Source of the DNA: Octopus vulgaris
Taxonomy: Eukaryota
Direction of reading: 5' to 3'
Assembly (NCBI GenBank): GCA_951406725.2
Contig: OX597820.1
Location: 14,880,001 to 14,944,000 of the forward strand
DNA length: 64,000 nt
Position numbers and translations under genes: made by a program
Shown: positions 50,731-63,555 of the stretch, one piece after another
Layout of the letters: each line of letters opens with the position of its first letter
Position numbering within the stretch: position 1 is the first letter of the stretch
Notes under the pieces: generated by a model
What the model was told of the DNA's origin: nothing
Databases searched by the model: none
What the model saw: only the letters and a program-made list of their open reading frames with translations

Positions 50731-51103
50731 TATTACCTCCGCCTAAACGAAGGCGGTGGTATTGTTTTCAGTCGTGTTTGTTTGTTGGTTTGTCTGTGGA
50801 CAAGATATCTCAAGAACCGCTGGATGAATTCAGATGAAACTTTCAAGGATGTTTGGCCCCGTGACCGGCACGTACCGATTAGATTTTGGGATCGATTCGG
50901 TACCAGACAAAGGTTCTGGATTATTTTTCCGTTTTTTTTTACTTGATTTTTGAGAGTGGTCGGGTTCATTTTTAGTATTCTCATTTGTCAGAGCAGACGA
51001 GTTTATTTCAGATATTCTCATTTTAAAAATCATCTCTGCCTAATTGTTAAGAGGACGTTAATGTTGCCTTAGTGGAGGTTTGCGCTCTCTGAGTGCTCTT
51101 GTT
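50731..51103 (+). mobile_element. Helentron-associated (HINE/DINE-1-like) element
   Basis: 5' TATTACCTCCGCC..GGCGG subterminal inverted repeat, (GTTT)n-like tract, 3' GTGGAGG and terminal hairpin GCGCTC-TCT-GAGTGC. Confidence 0.75.
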
Positions 51104-51853
51104 ATTATTAATACGGCGAGTTTACCGCGTAGGACTAAATGCTTAGTAGCATTTAGACCTTTACACTTTGAGCTCAAATTCTATCGAGATCAACGTTGCC
51201 TTACATTCTTTCTGGGTCGATAAATTAAGTACCAGTGAAACACTGGAGTCAATGTAATCAACTTGTCCCCTCCCCAAAAACTTGAGGCCGTGTGCCTCTA
51301 GTAGAAAGGATTATTATTAATACAGCAAGTTTACTGCGTCGGAGAAAATGCTTAGCAGCATTTAGACCGTTTTTATGATTTGAGCTCAAATTCTGTCGAG
51401 ATCGACTTTGCCTTAGATTCTTTCTGGGTCAATGAATTAAGTACCGCTTGAACACGAGGTAAGGGCGATGTAATCGACCAGCATCCTCATCAAAACTTCA
51501 GGCCTTGTCCTGTAGTAGATATTTGAATAAGAAAATGTTAGTGACTGGTTTTTAGATCTGTGTGAAAAGTCTGTCAGTAAAACGAACTGGCGGTGATTTG
51601 AAAGGATTTTATTTTATTCTTTTATTCTTTTACTTGTTTCAGTCATTTGAGTGCGGCCATGCTGGAGTACCGCCTTTAGTCGAACAAATCAACCCCAGGA
51701 CTTATTCCTTGTAAGCCTAGTACTTATTCTATCGGTTATCTTTTGCCGAACCGCTAAGTTACGGGGACTTAAACACACCAACATCGATTGTCAAGCGATG
51801 GTGGGGGACAAACACAGACACTGGTACAAATACACACAAACATACACACACAC

Positions 51854-51920
<67 letters not shown>

Positions 51921-52109
51921 CACACACACATATATACGACGGGCTTCTTTCAGTTTCCGTCTACCAAATCCACTCATAAGGCTTGCCTACGCAGTGGAAC
52001 TGAGCCCAGAACCAAGTGGTTGGGAAGCAAGCTTCGTACCACACAACCATGGTGTTTAAAATTACGTGGGATGTTTAAAATAGATATGCATTGATATTAA
52101 ATATAAATA

Positions 52110-53290
52110 TATGTTAGGAGATTGAGTGCTAATGTAAGATAAACTTAGATATACTTCGATCAAAACTTGTCTCTGACCATGTCTAACGTAACAGCACTCC
52201 CTGATAGAATCTGTTGAGTCATTTATTGTTAACTGAGACGTATCCAGGCATTGGCGCCTTACTCGAATATCTGTTGAAGAAATTTGTCCCGATAACGTTT
52301 GAAGATGATGGAATTTTTTTTTTCCTTAATTTGTGAAATAAGGTCAGGACCTGTTAAGGAAAAGAAATTGTGCTGTGGTGTATTAATGTGTTGGAGCTTG
52401 AATTATGTAGAGGGAATATGACACGGGGTGCAGCCTTGGGTGAATTCTGAATTTGATGCTAAGGTCAATGTTTGGGCAATGCTGGTGATATACTCTCCAC
52501 ATTGTGTAAATGGTGAATCAATCACGGTGGCATTGGAGAGATTATAGTTTCATTGTTTTAAGGCGGTCCTATTGATCAAGATCAGTCATGCCTTTTATTA
52601 GTGACTGCTTTGGGGTGGCTCATTCCTCGTAATGTTTTGTTTCGTAAAGGGAGATCACAGGAGGGCGGCGATCTGGCAGAGTAGTTAGCACACCGGGCGA
52701 AATGCTTAGCGGTATTTCGTCTGCCGCTACGTTCTGAGTTCAAATTCCGCCGAGGTCGACTTTGCCTTTCATCCTTTCGGGGTCGATTAAATAAGTACCA
52801 GTTACGCACTGGGGTTGATGTAATCGACTTAATCCCTTTGTCTGTCCTTGTTTGTCCTCTCTGTGTTTACCCCCTTGTGGGTAGTAAAGAAATAGGTAGT
52901 AGTGTTCAAGACGTGGCCATAAAGGAGGAGAAAAGAAGAATGATAACATCTGGTTCTCTCGGCCGGAAAGTTGTAAAAATCCAGGAGCTCATCCCGTGAG
53001 CCATATTAACTTAATTGTCAATGTGAGCGATCCAGCTGAAACTGCTGTCAACGATTACTCCTAAGTCTCTGATATTGTTGGATGCCGTGATTAGCTTTCC
53101 TGAAGAAAGAGAATTTGGTTGTTTGGATGCATTCCCTTTTCCAAAGAACATGACTTCAAATTCTCCATAATTTAACAGCATGCTGTTTTTGTCTGCCCAT
53201 TGACTTACAACATGTTGATCAGATTAGAGTTTAGTTCGCTTTTCTTCTTCATTGATAAGCTTCTGAAATTTGGAGTCATTTTATTTTGCT
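52110..53290 (-). mobile_element. Degenerate CR1/L2-group LINE 3' fragment interrupted by SINE A (52663-52893)
   Basis: WADKNSMLLNYGEFEVM and RDLGVIVDSSFSWIAHID peptides on the minus strand. Confidence 0.7.
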
Positions 53291-53784
53291 GTACTTAATC
53301 ACATTTGAGATAGTTCAATAACGGTTTATATTGTTGTGTACTGACGATGAAATGGTGCAGTTGAAGAGAAAAGTGCGGTAAATTGAGCAAAGTTTTGGCA
53401 TACGTGGCAATATGTGATATATATATGTATATATAAATCCCAAAAAAGAACAAACACAAAAACACAACAACGCGAGGACGTGGCACATGTAATGTATTAG
53501 CAGACGCTCAGGAAAGGAAAGGAAGAAGGTTTAACGTTTCGAGCAGATGCTCTTCTTCGAAACAGAGGAAAGTCCAAAAGAAGGGAAGACGGAGGAAGAA
53601 AATCGCCAACGATTCACATGTGGTTACATTTTGAAATGTATGTATGTATATATATATATATATATATATATGTACATACATACATACATACATACATACA
53701 TACACATACGCATGTACATATGTATATGTATATACTTATGCATACATACATACACATACATACATACATTCATACATACATACA

Positions 53785-53816
<32 letters not shown>

Positions 53817-54025
53817 GTTAACAGATAACATCCAGAGATTCTCTGTATAGAAAACACTTAGTAGTGGTGAAGTGACTCGAACTTAAGACTCCGATGTCTC
53901 TAGTTGGGACCAATTCAACGGAGTAAAGAGCCGCTATCAGAGGAATCCAGGTGAGCAGATATGGAAGTAATTGCGGATAGACAAGTTGAATATATATATA
54001 TTTAATTTGTTTATCCGCATAATTG

Positions 54026-54175
<150 letters not shown>

Positions 54176-54504
54176 TTGAGGGAATATTATTCCTAACTTA
54201 CAGGGAAAAATTCAATTTAGAAATACTAAATCAAATTTCACAAAATATAATATATATATAAATTAGAAAAAAAACGCCTTTTATCAATTATATATATATA
54301 TTAATCATCGGTATATTATTTTTATCTTATATTTAATATTTCTATTATATACAATTTTCTAGATGGTGAAATTTAATTTTTCATTTTGAATTGATACAAG
54401 GTGGGTTTTTTCTAATTTATATATATATAAATTTTAGCTACTTATTTTTTATTATTTATTTTTAGATAATTTGAAAATCTTTTGGCTGCCTGGTTGGTTC
54501 GATT

Positions 54505-55279
54505 ATGTCATCGATTCCCGACGGTTTCTTCAGCTGTTGCCCGCTTCAGACTCCCATGTCACCCGTGCCTTTCAACATAAGAACCGAAGGTCTAGAATCG
54601 CCCGCATTGATTCCTGTGACTAGTCGTACCAATGAAGTCTTGCCCTCCTCGGTTGTTTTACCAATTCCTGACGCTAGAAGTTTTCCAATGCATCTCGATG
54701 GCAGCGACGACATCCAAGACCTGCGTTCTTTGCCCGTCTTACCAACAATCGATCTCTCATCCCCACATCATCTATCGGCAATATCAACTACGGTCCCGCT
54801 CGTTCGAACGGATGACACGAATACGGCGGAGTCACGGAACGAAGAGCTGAAGTTAGCATTTTGTCACAACCAGCTTAACAACAACAACAACAACAACAAC
54901 AACCACAACTGCTATAACAACACCAACACAAACGATACCATTACTACTACTGCTACTACTACTACCACTACTACTACCATTTTCAATATCAACAGTAATA
55001 ACAATTTTAACAACGGTGATAACATAGATTTCGACTTTGAGAATATGACCATCAGAAACCACATTCCTTTATTGAAACCAAATTCTTTCGAGGCGTCCTG
55101 TTCTTCATCTGATATCTACGGTGACAACGACTGGTCTGTGAAAATGGCCAATACAGATCTATACCAGCACCAACAACAGCCATACTTAAATTACAGTAAC
55201 GCTCAAGACGCAGAAATTCCAGACTTAATCTCCTTACCTGCATCATTAGGCAGTTATGATAGATGTAAAGCAACTACAG
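54505..55279 (+). CDS. ETS-family (ESE/EHF/ELF5-like) transcription factor, first coding exon (low-complexity N-terminus)
   Basis: Acceptor TTTTTAG at 54465, in-frame stop at 54472, ATG at 54505, 258 open codons of non-repeat sequence, donor CAG|GTAATC phase 1. Confidence 0.75.
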
Positions 55280-55311
55280 GTAATCTATTTACGGTATCGT
55301 TAGACTATTTG

Positions 55312-56433
55312 AAGGCGGCGAGCTGGCAGTAATGTTAGCACGGCGGGCGAAATGCCTGGCGGTATTTCGTCTGCCGTTACGTTCTGAGTTCAAATTCCGC
55401 CGAGATCGACTTTGCCTTTCATCCTTTCGGGGTCGATAAATTAAGTACCAGTTACGCACTGGTGCCGATGTACTCGACTTAATTCGTTTGTCTGTCCTTG
55501 TTTGTCCTTTCTGTGTTTATCCCCTTGTGGGCAATAAAGAAATAGGTATTTCTTCTGCCGCTACGTTCTGAGTTCAAATTCCGCCGAAGTCGACTTTGCT
55601 TTCATCCTTTCAGGGTCGATAAATAAGTACCAGTTACGCACTGGGGTCGATATAATCGACTTAATCCGTTTGTCTGTCCTTGTTTGTCCTCTCTGTGTTT
55701 AGCCCCTTGTGGGTAGTAAAGAAATAGGTCTTGGCGGCGAACTGGCAGAATCGTTAGCAACGTCGGCCAAAAATTTTTAAAGGCGGCGAGCTGGCAGAAA
55801 CGTTAGCACGCCGGGCGAAATGCGTAGCCGTATTTCGTCTGCCGTTACGTTCTGAGTTCAAATTCCACCGAGATCGACTTTGCCTTTCATCCTTTCGGGG
55901 TCGAAAGAATTAAGTACCAGGTACGCACTGGGGTCGATATAATCGACTTAATCCATGTGTCTGTCCTTGTTTGTCCTCTCTGTGTTTAGCCCCTTGTGGG
56001 TAGTAAAGAAATAGGTCTTGGCGGCGAGCTGGCAGAATCGTTAGCACGCCGGGCGAAATGCTTAGCGGTATTTCGTCTGCGTTACGTTGTGAGTTCAAAT
56101 TCCGCCGAGGTCGACTTTGCCTTTCATCCTTTCAGGGTCGATAAATTAAGTACCAGTTACGCACTGGGGTCGATGTAATCGACTTAATACCTATGTCTGT
56201 CCTTGTTTGTCCTCTCTGTGTTTAGCCCCTTGTGGGTAATAAAGAAATAGGTATTTCGTCTGCCGTTATGTTCTGAGTTCAAATTCCGCCGAGATCGACT
56301 TTGCCTTTCATCCTTTCGGGGTCGATAAATTAAGTACCAGTTACGCACTGAGGTCGATATAATCGACTTAATACGTTTGTCTGTCCTTGTTTGTCCCCTC
56401 TATGTTTAGCTCCTTGTGGGTAGTAAAGAAATA
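55312..56433 (+). mobile_element. SINE A multimeric nest with a single outer 18-bp TSD
   Basis: GGTATCGTTAGACTATTT (55293-55310) / GGTATCGTTAGACCATTT (56434-56451); five bodies inside. Confidence 0.9.
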
Positions 56434-56926
56434 GGTATCGTTAGACCATTTTTTAAAAAGTTATCTCAACAGATTTCCTAAAGAAATTAGAGCGAGAACT
56501 GACTTGCTACGACGTTTTGTATACGAATACGTATGTAAAAAAATACGATCGAATATAGAAAGATAGATAATGGGTGTACATGAATATTTCAGACGTTCTT
56601 TATGGTGTGAGTGTGTGTATGTGTGTGGGTTTGTATGCATATGCATATACATTTGGCTAATGGTGCGAGTGAGGATGTGTACGTTTTTCAAGTGAGGGTG
56701 GATGAATATATACTTGTAGGGGCACGCACGCGGGTGTGCGGGCGCGCATGTGTAGGTATGAACATGCACGCTTCCGCGAATACTATGAACTTTTTACTCC
56801 CTTACCTTTACTCCCTCCCCTCACTTAACGGTCATTCTAATAGCTCTTTTGTCTTAATAACGGTCAATGACACAGTAATTTCCCTTTGTATAACGGTCAT
56901 TTTTCATAGCATTTTTCCGATGGCCG

Positions 56927-56987
56927 GATAACTGAAGAGATGGCGGCGTGGATTTCCACCTCGGCATCCGAAACTCGGAGTTTTATC
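56927..56987 (+). ncRNA. Type I hammerhead ribozyme candidate
   Basis: GATAA-CTGAAGA-GATG...CATC C-GAA-ACTC G GAGT-T-TTATC; canonical CUGANGA and GAAA cores, stem I GATAA/TTATC. Confidence 0.6.
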
Positions 56988-57089
56988 ATGGCTACCGAAC
57001 AATTGTCACATATTATATTTACGGATAAATTCCTCTATTTACGTAATATCGTGGTCTCTTTCTTTCTTTTGTTGTCTTACCATTTTTAT

Positions 57090-57160
<71 letters not shown>

Positions 57161-57328
57161 TGGGTACAGGACGTCGCCAACTGCAAACAACATGAAGTAC
57201 GAAAACGAACGAGTTTAATATGCAAACAACGAAGAAAAAATGGAAAACTGGACAAGTAACACAAAGAACGACCCTTCATCAGTTGTCGGCTGTCCATCTA
57301 CTCCTCATTTCGTGCATTCATGTATATA

Positions 57329-57404
<76 letters not shown>

Positions 57405-57714
57405 TTAGGGAGTATAACTCCAAACTTACAGGGAAAAATTCCATTTAGTATTAAATCAAATTTCACAATATAAATATATAATATATATAAATTAGAGAAA
57501 AACCACTATTATGCAATTCAAACAATGATAGACATAAACCAAATCATAAATAAAAAATAAAATATATATTTTTTAAAAACATATAACTAGATCACAAAAA
57601 GTATAAAAATGAATAATCAATATATAAGTATTTTATTTTTTATTTATGATTTGGTTTATGTCTATCATTGTTTGAATTGCATAATAGTGGTTTTTCTCTA
57701 ATTTATATATTATA

Positions 57715-57716
<2 letters not shown>
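57405..57716. mobile_element. Penelope-like remnant with inverted arms (57480-57565 / 57630-57716)
   Basis: Near-perfect inverted repeat inside (TAA)n/(TA)n; a homologous structure lies at 54175-54430. Confidence 0.55.
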
Positions 57717-57766
<50 letters not shown>

Positions 57767-57997
57767 GCGGCGTTGTGTGTTTATTGAGCTAAAACACCTA
57801 AAAGCTCCACGAGGTACCGGCAGGGGGTGGTGGTGACCCCTGTTGTACTCTTTCGCCACAACTTTCTCTCAGTCTCTCTTCCTGTTTCTTGAGTAACGCT
57901 GCGATGGACTGGCGTCACGTCCAGCTAGGGGGAACACATACGCCACAGAAACTGGGAAACCGGGCCCATGAGCCTCGCTAGGATTGAAAAGGGCGAC

Positions 57998-58085
<88 letters not shown>

Positions 58086-58708
58086 GTACATAAAAACGAC
58101 GCTCGCATACTTACACATGAACACACAAGAACACACAGACACACACACACACACATACACACATGCATACACGTTTGTGCGTGTGCTTTCATTATGCATT
58201 TATGTATTTATAGTAAAGCCTCTTGTCAAATAACAAATAAGATGATTTATAGATTATTAGAAACTTTAGCTTCTCCCAATACATCCATCAGAGCTGCCTG
58301 GAACATTATCTTCACACAGATACACATACGCATAGAAATGCATGCAAACACCTCTGTATGTATATGTGCATGCATATACGTATGTATGTATGTATATGTC
58401 TACGTGTGCTTAGTATTATTATATTTTTCTTATTACTTATTCTTATTCTTATCATTAATGTTGTTGTTGTAGTTATTATTATTATTATTATTATTATTGT
58501 TGTTGTTGTTGTTGTTATTGTTGTTGTTGTTGTTGTTATTATTATTATTATTGTTATTATTGTTGTTGTTGTTGTTGTTATTATTATTATTATTATCATC
58601 ATCATCATCATTATCATCATCATTGTTATTGTTATTATTATTATTATTATCATTATTATTATTATTGTTATTATTATTGTTATTATTGTTATTGTTATTG
58701 TGATCCAG

Positions 58709-58951
58709 AAATATGCCACCACAATTGGTGGGAAATAAATCCAGACTTGTGGAATCTCCGAGAGCTGTTGGACTGGATGGCCTATACGTTACAGTTAGAT
58801 AAAATCAATTCCATTATTTATCTCAATAATTTCTTCCGAGACGTCAAGAACGGCAGCCAAATGAGACGAATGACACGCGAGGAACTCGTCAGCAGAGATC
58901 CAGATAACGGCTCCATGTTGTTCCAGTCTCTAAAATATTTCAGCGAATATG
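58709..58951 (+). CDS. ETS-family transcription factor, Pointed (SAM_PNT) domain exon
   Basis: Acceptor CCAG|, donor ATG|GTTAGT, phase 1-1; encodes EICHHNWWEINPDLWNLRELLDWMAY...NNFF..VKNGSQMRRMTREELVSRDPDNGSMLFQSLKYF, matching the PNT pattern P..W....l.W....F....G..l..mt.eE...r.p..G..Lf..L. Confidence 0.85.
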
Positions 58952-58974
58952 GTTAGTAAATATATTTGTTTTCA

Positions 58975-59211
58975 CTTTCTTCTCCCTTCTTTTTCTCTTT
59001 CTTGTTTTTCCTTTTTTCCCTTTCTTTCTTCTTCCCTTTCTTTTTCCTCTCTTTTTCTCTTTCCTTTTTCCGTTTCTTTCCTTTTCCCTTTCTCTTTTCT
59101 TCCGTTTCTTTCTTTTTCCGTTTCTTTCTTTTTCCGTTTCTTTCTTTTTCTCTTTCTTTCTCTTTCTTTCTCTTTTCCTTTCTTTTCCCTTTCTTTTTCT
59201 CTTTTTCTCTT

Positions 59212-59262
<51 letters not shown>

Positions 59263-59525
59263 CTTTTTCCGTTTCTTTCTTTTTCCGTTTCTTTTTCTCT
59301 TTCTCTTTTCTTTTCTTTCTTTTTCCTTTTCTTTCTTTTTCTTTTTTCTTTTTCTCTTTTTTCCTTTCTTTTTCCCGTTCTTTCTTTTCTCTTTCTTTTT
59401 CTCTTCCTTTCTTTTCCCTTTCTTCCTTTTTCCTTTTCTTTCCTTTTCTCTTTCTTTCTTTTACTCTTTCTTTCTTTTTCCTTTTCTTTCTTTTCCCCTT
59501 TCTTTTTCTCTCTCTTTCTTTCTGT
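58975..59525. repeat. ~550-bp polypyrimidine (TTTC/TTTTC-like) tract
   Basis: Directly visible; the source of the K/R/E and F/S/L ORFs. Confidence 0.95.
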
Positions 59526-59594
59526 CGCTTGTTTGCCAACGAAATATTTTCTGCTGCCATACAGAACATTTCGAGCCGTTTATCTTTTATCTTT

Positions 59595-60522
59595 CATCTC
59601 TTACTTGTTTCAGTCATTAGACTGCGGCCATGCTGGGGCACCACCTTAAAGAATTTTTAGACAAACGAATAGACCTCAGTACTTCTTTATTTCTTCAAAG
59701 CTTGGTACTTATTCTCTCCGACTCTTTTGTCGAACCTAAGTTACGGGGATGTAAACATACTAGCACCGGTCGTCAAGCGGTAGTGTGTATGTGTGTGTGC
59801 GAGTATGTGTGGAGGGGAAACACACATACACACACACACACACACACACATACACATATATATATATATACGACCGGCTTCTTTCAGTTTCCGTCTGCCA
59901 AATCCATTTCACAAGGCTATGGTCAGCCCGAGGCTATAGTAGAAGACACTTACCCAAGGAGCTACGCAGTGGGATTGAACCCGGAACCATGCGGTTGGGA
60001 AGCATGCTATTTACCACACCTGCTCCTATGCTTGTTTATAATTTCAAAATTTTTCTTGAGCCCCAAAACTCGTTAACCCAGTTTTCTGGTTTCCATTTCA
60101 CAGACTATTCATCTTTTATTTTTTATCATATACTTGTTTCAGTCATTAGACTGTGGCCATGCTGGGGCACCACTTTGGAAGGGTCAGTCGAATAAATCAG
60201 TCTCAATACTTAGCTTATTATTAAAATCTAGCACTTGTACTATCGGCTGCTTTTGCCAAATCATTAAGTTACGAGGACGTTATCAAGCTGTAGTCGGGGC
60301 AGACACAAGCACAAAGACACATACACACACACATATATAGACATATATTCGCTGGGCTTCCCTACAGTTTCCGTCAACGAAATTCACTCACAAGGCATTG
60401 AAACATTGGTGGGTCAGTGCTATAACGGAAGACACTTGCTTAAGGTGCCGTGCAGTGGGAATAAACCCGAAACCACACGGTTGCATGGCAAGTTTCCTAA
60501 GCGCACGACTATTTCTGCGCCT
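59595..60522 (-). mobile_element. Two SINE B copies
   Basis: Family B consensus matches at 59595-60030 and 60130-60522. Confidence 0.85.
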
Positions 60523-60639
60523 ATGTTTCGAAACAATGAAAAACAAAATGAATATGAAATAGATCAGTTGAATTTTATATGAAATACATGTCTTAGGCAA
60601 GTCATTCAACTGGATCCAGTGATAAGGTTCCAGCTTGGG

Positions 60640-60800
60640 AGTTTAGGATGGGTATGGAGTTGCCCCTTAGTCAATGGTAGCCTTTAGTTACTCCTCAGAT
60701 CTGCAATTTTGTCCGGTAATGCTATCGGTAAAACCGACATCCGACAAATGATAGATACATGACCCGTGCCCAGTCAGCAGCCGGATGTTCTTTCTTTCTA
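60640..60800 (-). mobile_element. Possible I/Loa/R1-group LINE C-terminal fragment
   Basis: RLLTGHGSCIYHLSDVGFTDS...NC..E resembles the LTGH.....HL...G......C..C motif. Confidence 0.4.
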
Positions 60801-60804
60801 GAAA

Positions 60805-61406
60805 CGGCGGCGAGCTGGCAGAAACGTTAGCACGCCGGGCAAAATGCGTAGCCGTATTTCGTCTGCTGTTACGTTCTGAGTTCAAATTCCACCGAGGTCG
60901 ACTTTGCCTTTCATCCTTTTCTAGGTCGATAAATTAAGTACCATTTACGCTCTGGGGTCGATATAATCGATATAATCCGTCTGTCCTTGCTTGTCTCCTC
61001 TGTGTTTAGCCCCTTGTGGGTAGTAAAGAAATAGGTATTTCGTCTGCCGTTACGTTCTGAGTTCCAAATTCTTTTCGCCGAGGTTGACTTTGCCTTTCAT
61101 CCTTTTCGGGGTCGATTAAATAAGTACCAGTTACGCACTAGGGTCGATATAATCGACTTAATCTGTCTGTCTGTCCTTGTTTGTCCCCTCTGTATTTAGC
61201 CTCTTGTGGGTAGTAAAGAAATGGGTATTTCGTCTACCGTTACGTTCTGAGTTCAAACTCCGCCGAGGTCGACTTTACCTTTCATCCTCTCGGCTCGATA
61301 AATTAAGTACCAGTTACTCACTGGGGTCGATATAATCGACTTAATCCGTTTGTCTGTCCTTGTTTGTCCCCTCTGTGTTAAGCCCCTTGTGGGCAGTAAA
61401 GAAATA
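60805..61406 (+). mobile_element. SINE A trimer
   Basis: One head and three bodies joined at GGTATTTCG. Confidence 0.9.
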
Positions 61407-61969
61407 AGAAAGGACGCTTACGGTATATAACATATTGAATTATATACAACACATTTTGTGAGTTGTAGTATTTACTATTGTCCCCAGTTACGGGTCAAAA
61501 CCTAGAAGAGGGTCCTGCAGCTAAAGCATACTGGACTCGAAGGAGGGTTGATTCCTACACATGTGTTACACAGGCATACCTGTCTGTGGGAATGCCCTAA
61601 TGTCACGTGAACCGTCCCTCGTTACTGCCTAAAGATTACTTGCGTAGCTAGAGTTGTGCCGCCCGGGAGGCCCTTCCGTTTGCCGCCCCCAGACCCCACA
61701 AAAACACATATTGCCTATAGCAGACCCAAAAGTGGTGACCCTTTAAAAATGCCGCCCCTACCGCCTCCTCCTAGCTACGCTAGTGCTAAGGATTACACTG
61801 GTTTTGTGCCTTGAGGGTCATTTTATTCTCGCGGCTTTCTTCGAACTGCTGCTCTCTAGAATTTATTACCGTTGTCTCGTTTTCGTCTGGTCTATGATAT
61901 TCAGTCCTTTAAACTTTCTGTCAATCAATTTCTTTCGATTTTGTAGGTCCCTTCTTTTCATTTTACTTA

Positions 61970-62551
61970 ATTCTTTATTGCCCATAAGGAAGGCTAAATA
62001 TAGAGGGGACAAACAAGGAGATTAGGTCGATTACATCGAGCCCAGTGCGTAACTGGTACTTACTTTATCGACCCCAAAAGGATGAAAGGCAAAATCGACC
62101 TTGGCGGAATTTGAACTCAGAACGTAATGGCAGACAAAATACCTATTTCTTTATAAACCACAAGGGGCTAAACACAGAGGAGACAAACAAGGACAGACGG
62201 ATTAAGTCGATTATATCGACTCCAGTGCGTAACTGGTTACTTATTTAATCGACCCCGAAAGGATGAAAGGCAAAGTCGACATCGGCGGAATTTAAACTCA
62301 GAACGTAACGGTAGACGAAATACCTATTTCTTTATTACCCACAAGGGGCTAAACACAGAGGGGACAAACAAGGACAGACATAGGTATTAAGTCGATTACA
62401 TCGACCCCAGTGCGTAACTGGTACTTAATTTATCGACCCCGAAAGGATGAAAGGCAAGTCGACCTCGACGGAATTTGAACTCAGAACGTAACGGCAGACG
62501 AAAACCGCTACGCATTTCGCCCGGCGTGCTAACGTTTCTGCCAGCTCGCCG
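61970..62551 (-). mobile_element. SINE A trimer with TSD
   Basis: CCTTCTTTTCATTTT occurs on both flanks (~61950 and ~62552). Confidence 0.85.
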
Positions 62552-62918
62552 CCTTCTTTTCATTTTCTGTAGTCCCTACACTATAGCGGCTCAAGCCATA
62601 TTAAAACAAAAAAAAAAAATCATATTAAAACAATTGTGGGATCACATTCGGAATAACTGGAGACCAGTAGAGTAAACTTTAAATAAGACGGCAGACGGTA
62701 ACGGCAAACCATTGCTGTATTCTTTCTTCTCAAGGAAAATCAATAAATTTTCACTCTTTGGCACGAAAGATCACGATCGCTTCCGACGCCAGTAAACATG
62801 GTACAGGAAGCGGAAGAGATGAAGCACAAACTAAATAAATGGCCGTGTCTTTGTTCTTCTTCAATATTTGTTCATTCATTATCGATACGTTTTCTTTTAA
62901 ATATTGTTATCTTTGCAG

Positions 62919-63110
62919 GGAATATCCTCTTTGATGATAATAATCATCTTGCTTCGCCAAAGGAATATTATTCCGTCGAGTGCATCAAGGACGCTCACTA
63001 CAACATGGAAATGAACGATGACAAACCTGATAACTTTTACCCGTTAGAGTTCGGTAGATTTCCTCTCCAACCGCATCAGCAACACCATGCTGCTTTGCTG
63101 AACAGTTCAA
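62919..63110 (+). CDS. ETS-family transcription factor, third coding exon (linker)
   Basis: Acceptor TCTTTGCAG|, phase 1 continues in frame GNILFDDNNHLASPKEYY...; donor CAA|GTAAGG at 63110/63111, with an alternative at 63053. Confidence 0.65.
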
Positions 63111-63337
63111 GTAAGGATCCGTTATTGCTTATTAAGCGACTTCTAGAAATGAAAGCAAACAGCTAAAGCGTTATCTATGTTCTTTGCGCTTCACTATTTC
63201 TGTACGTGTATGAGTGTATGCGAGTACGTTTGTGTGTGTGTGCATGTGCATGTGTGTTTTGTGTGTGTGTGTGTGTGTGTGTGTGTAATCATGTGTATTT
63301 TTATTGGCATTTTCCCCTTGGTAATGGTGGTGCTGGA

Positions 63338-63555
63338 AGGTGGCGAGCTGGCAGAAACGTTAGCACGCCGGGCGAAATGCGTAGCCGTATTTCGTCTGCC
63401 GTTACGTTCTGAGTTCAAATTCCGCCGAGGTCGACTTTGCCTTTCATCCTTTCGGGGGTCGATAAATTAAGTACCAGTTACGCACTGGGGTCGATGTAAT
63501 CGACTTAATCCATTTGTCTGTCCTTGTTTAGCCCCTTGTGCGTAGTAAAGAAATA
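63338..63555 (+). mobile_element. SINE A with ~17-bp TSD
   Basis: Flanks GGTAATGGTGGTGCTGG / GGTAGTGGTGGTGCTGG. Confidence 0.85.

Noticed and set aside
55280-55332. C-terminal end of the 275-aa ORF
   Set aside because: It reads through a splice donor into intron and SINE A sequence.
58940-59649. K/R/E-rich and F/S/L-rich ORFs of >200 aa
   Set aside because: Translations of the polypyrimidine tract.
61501-61560. Hammerhead-like CTAGAAGA-GGGTCC...GGACTC-GAAG
   Set aside because: Both core segments are defective and there is no convincing stem I or III.
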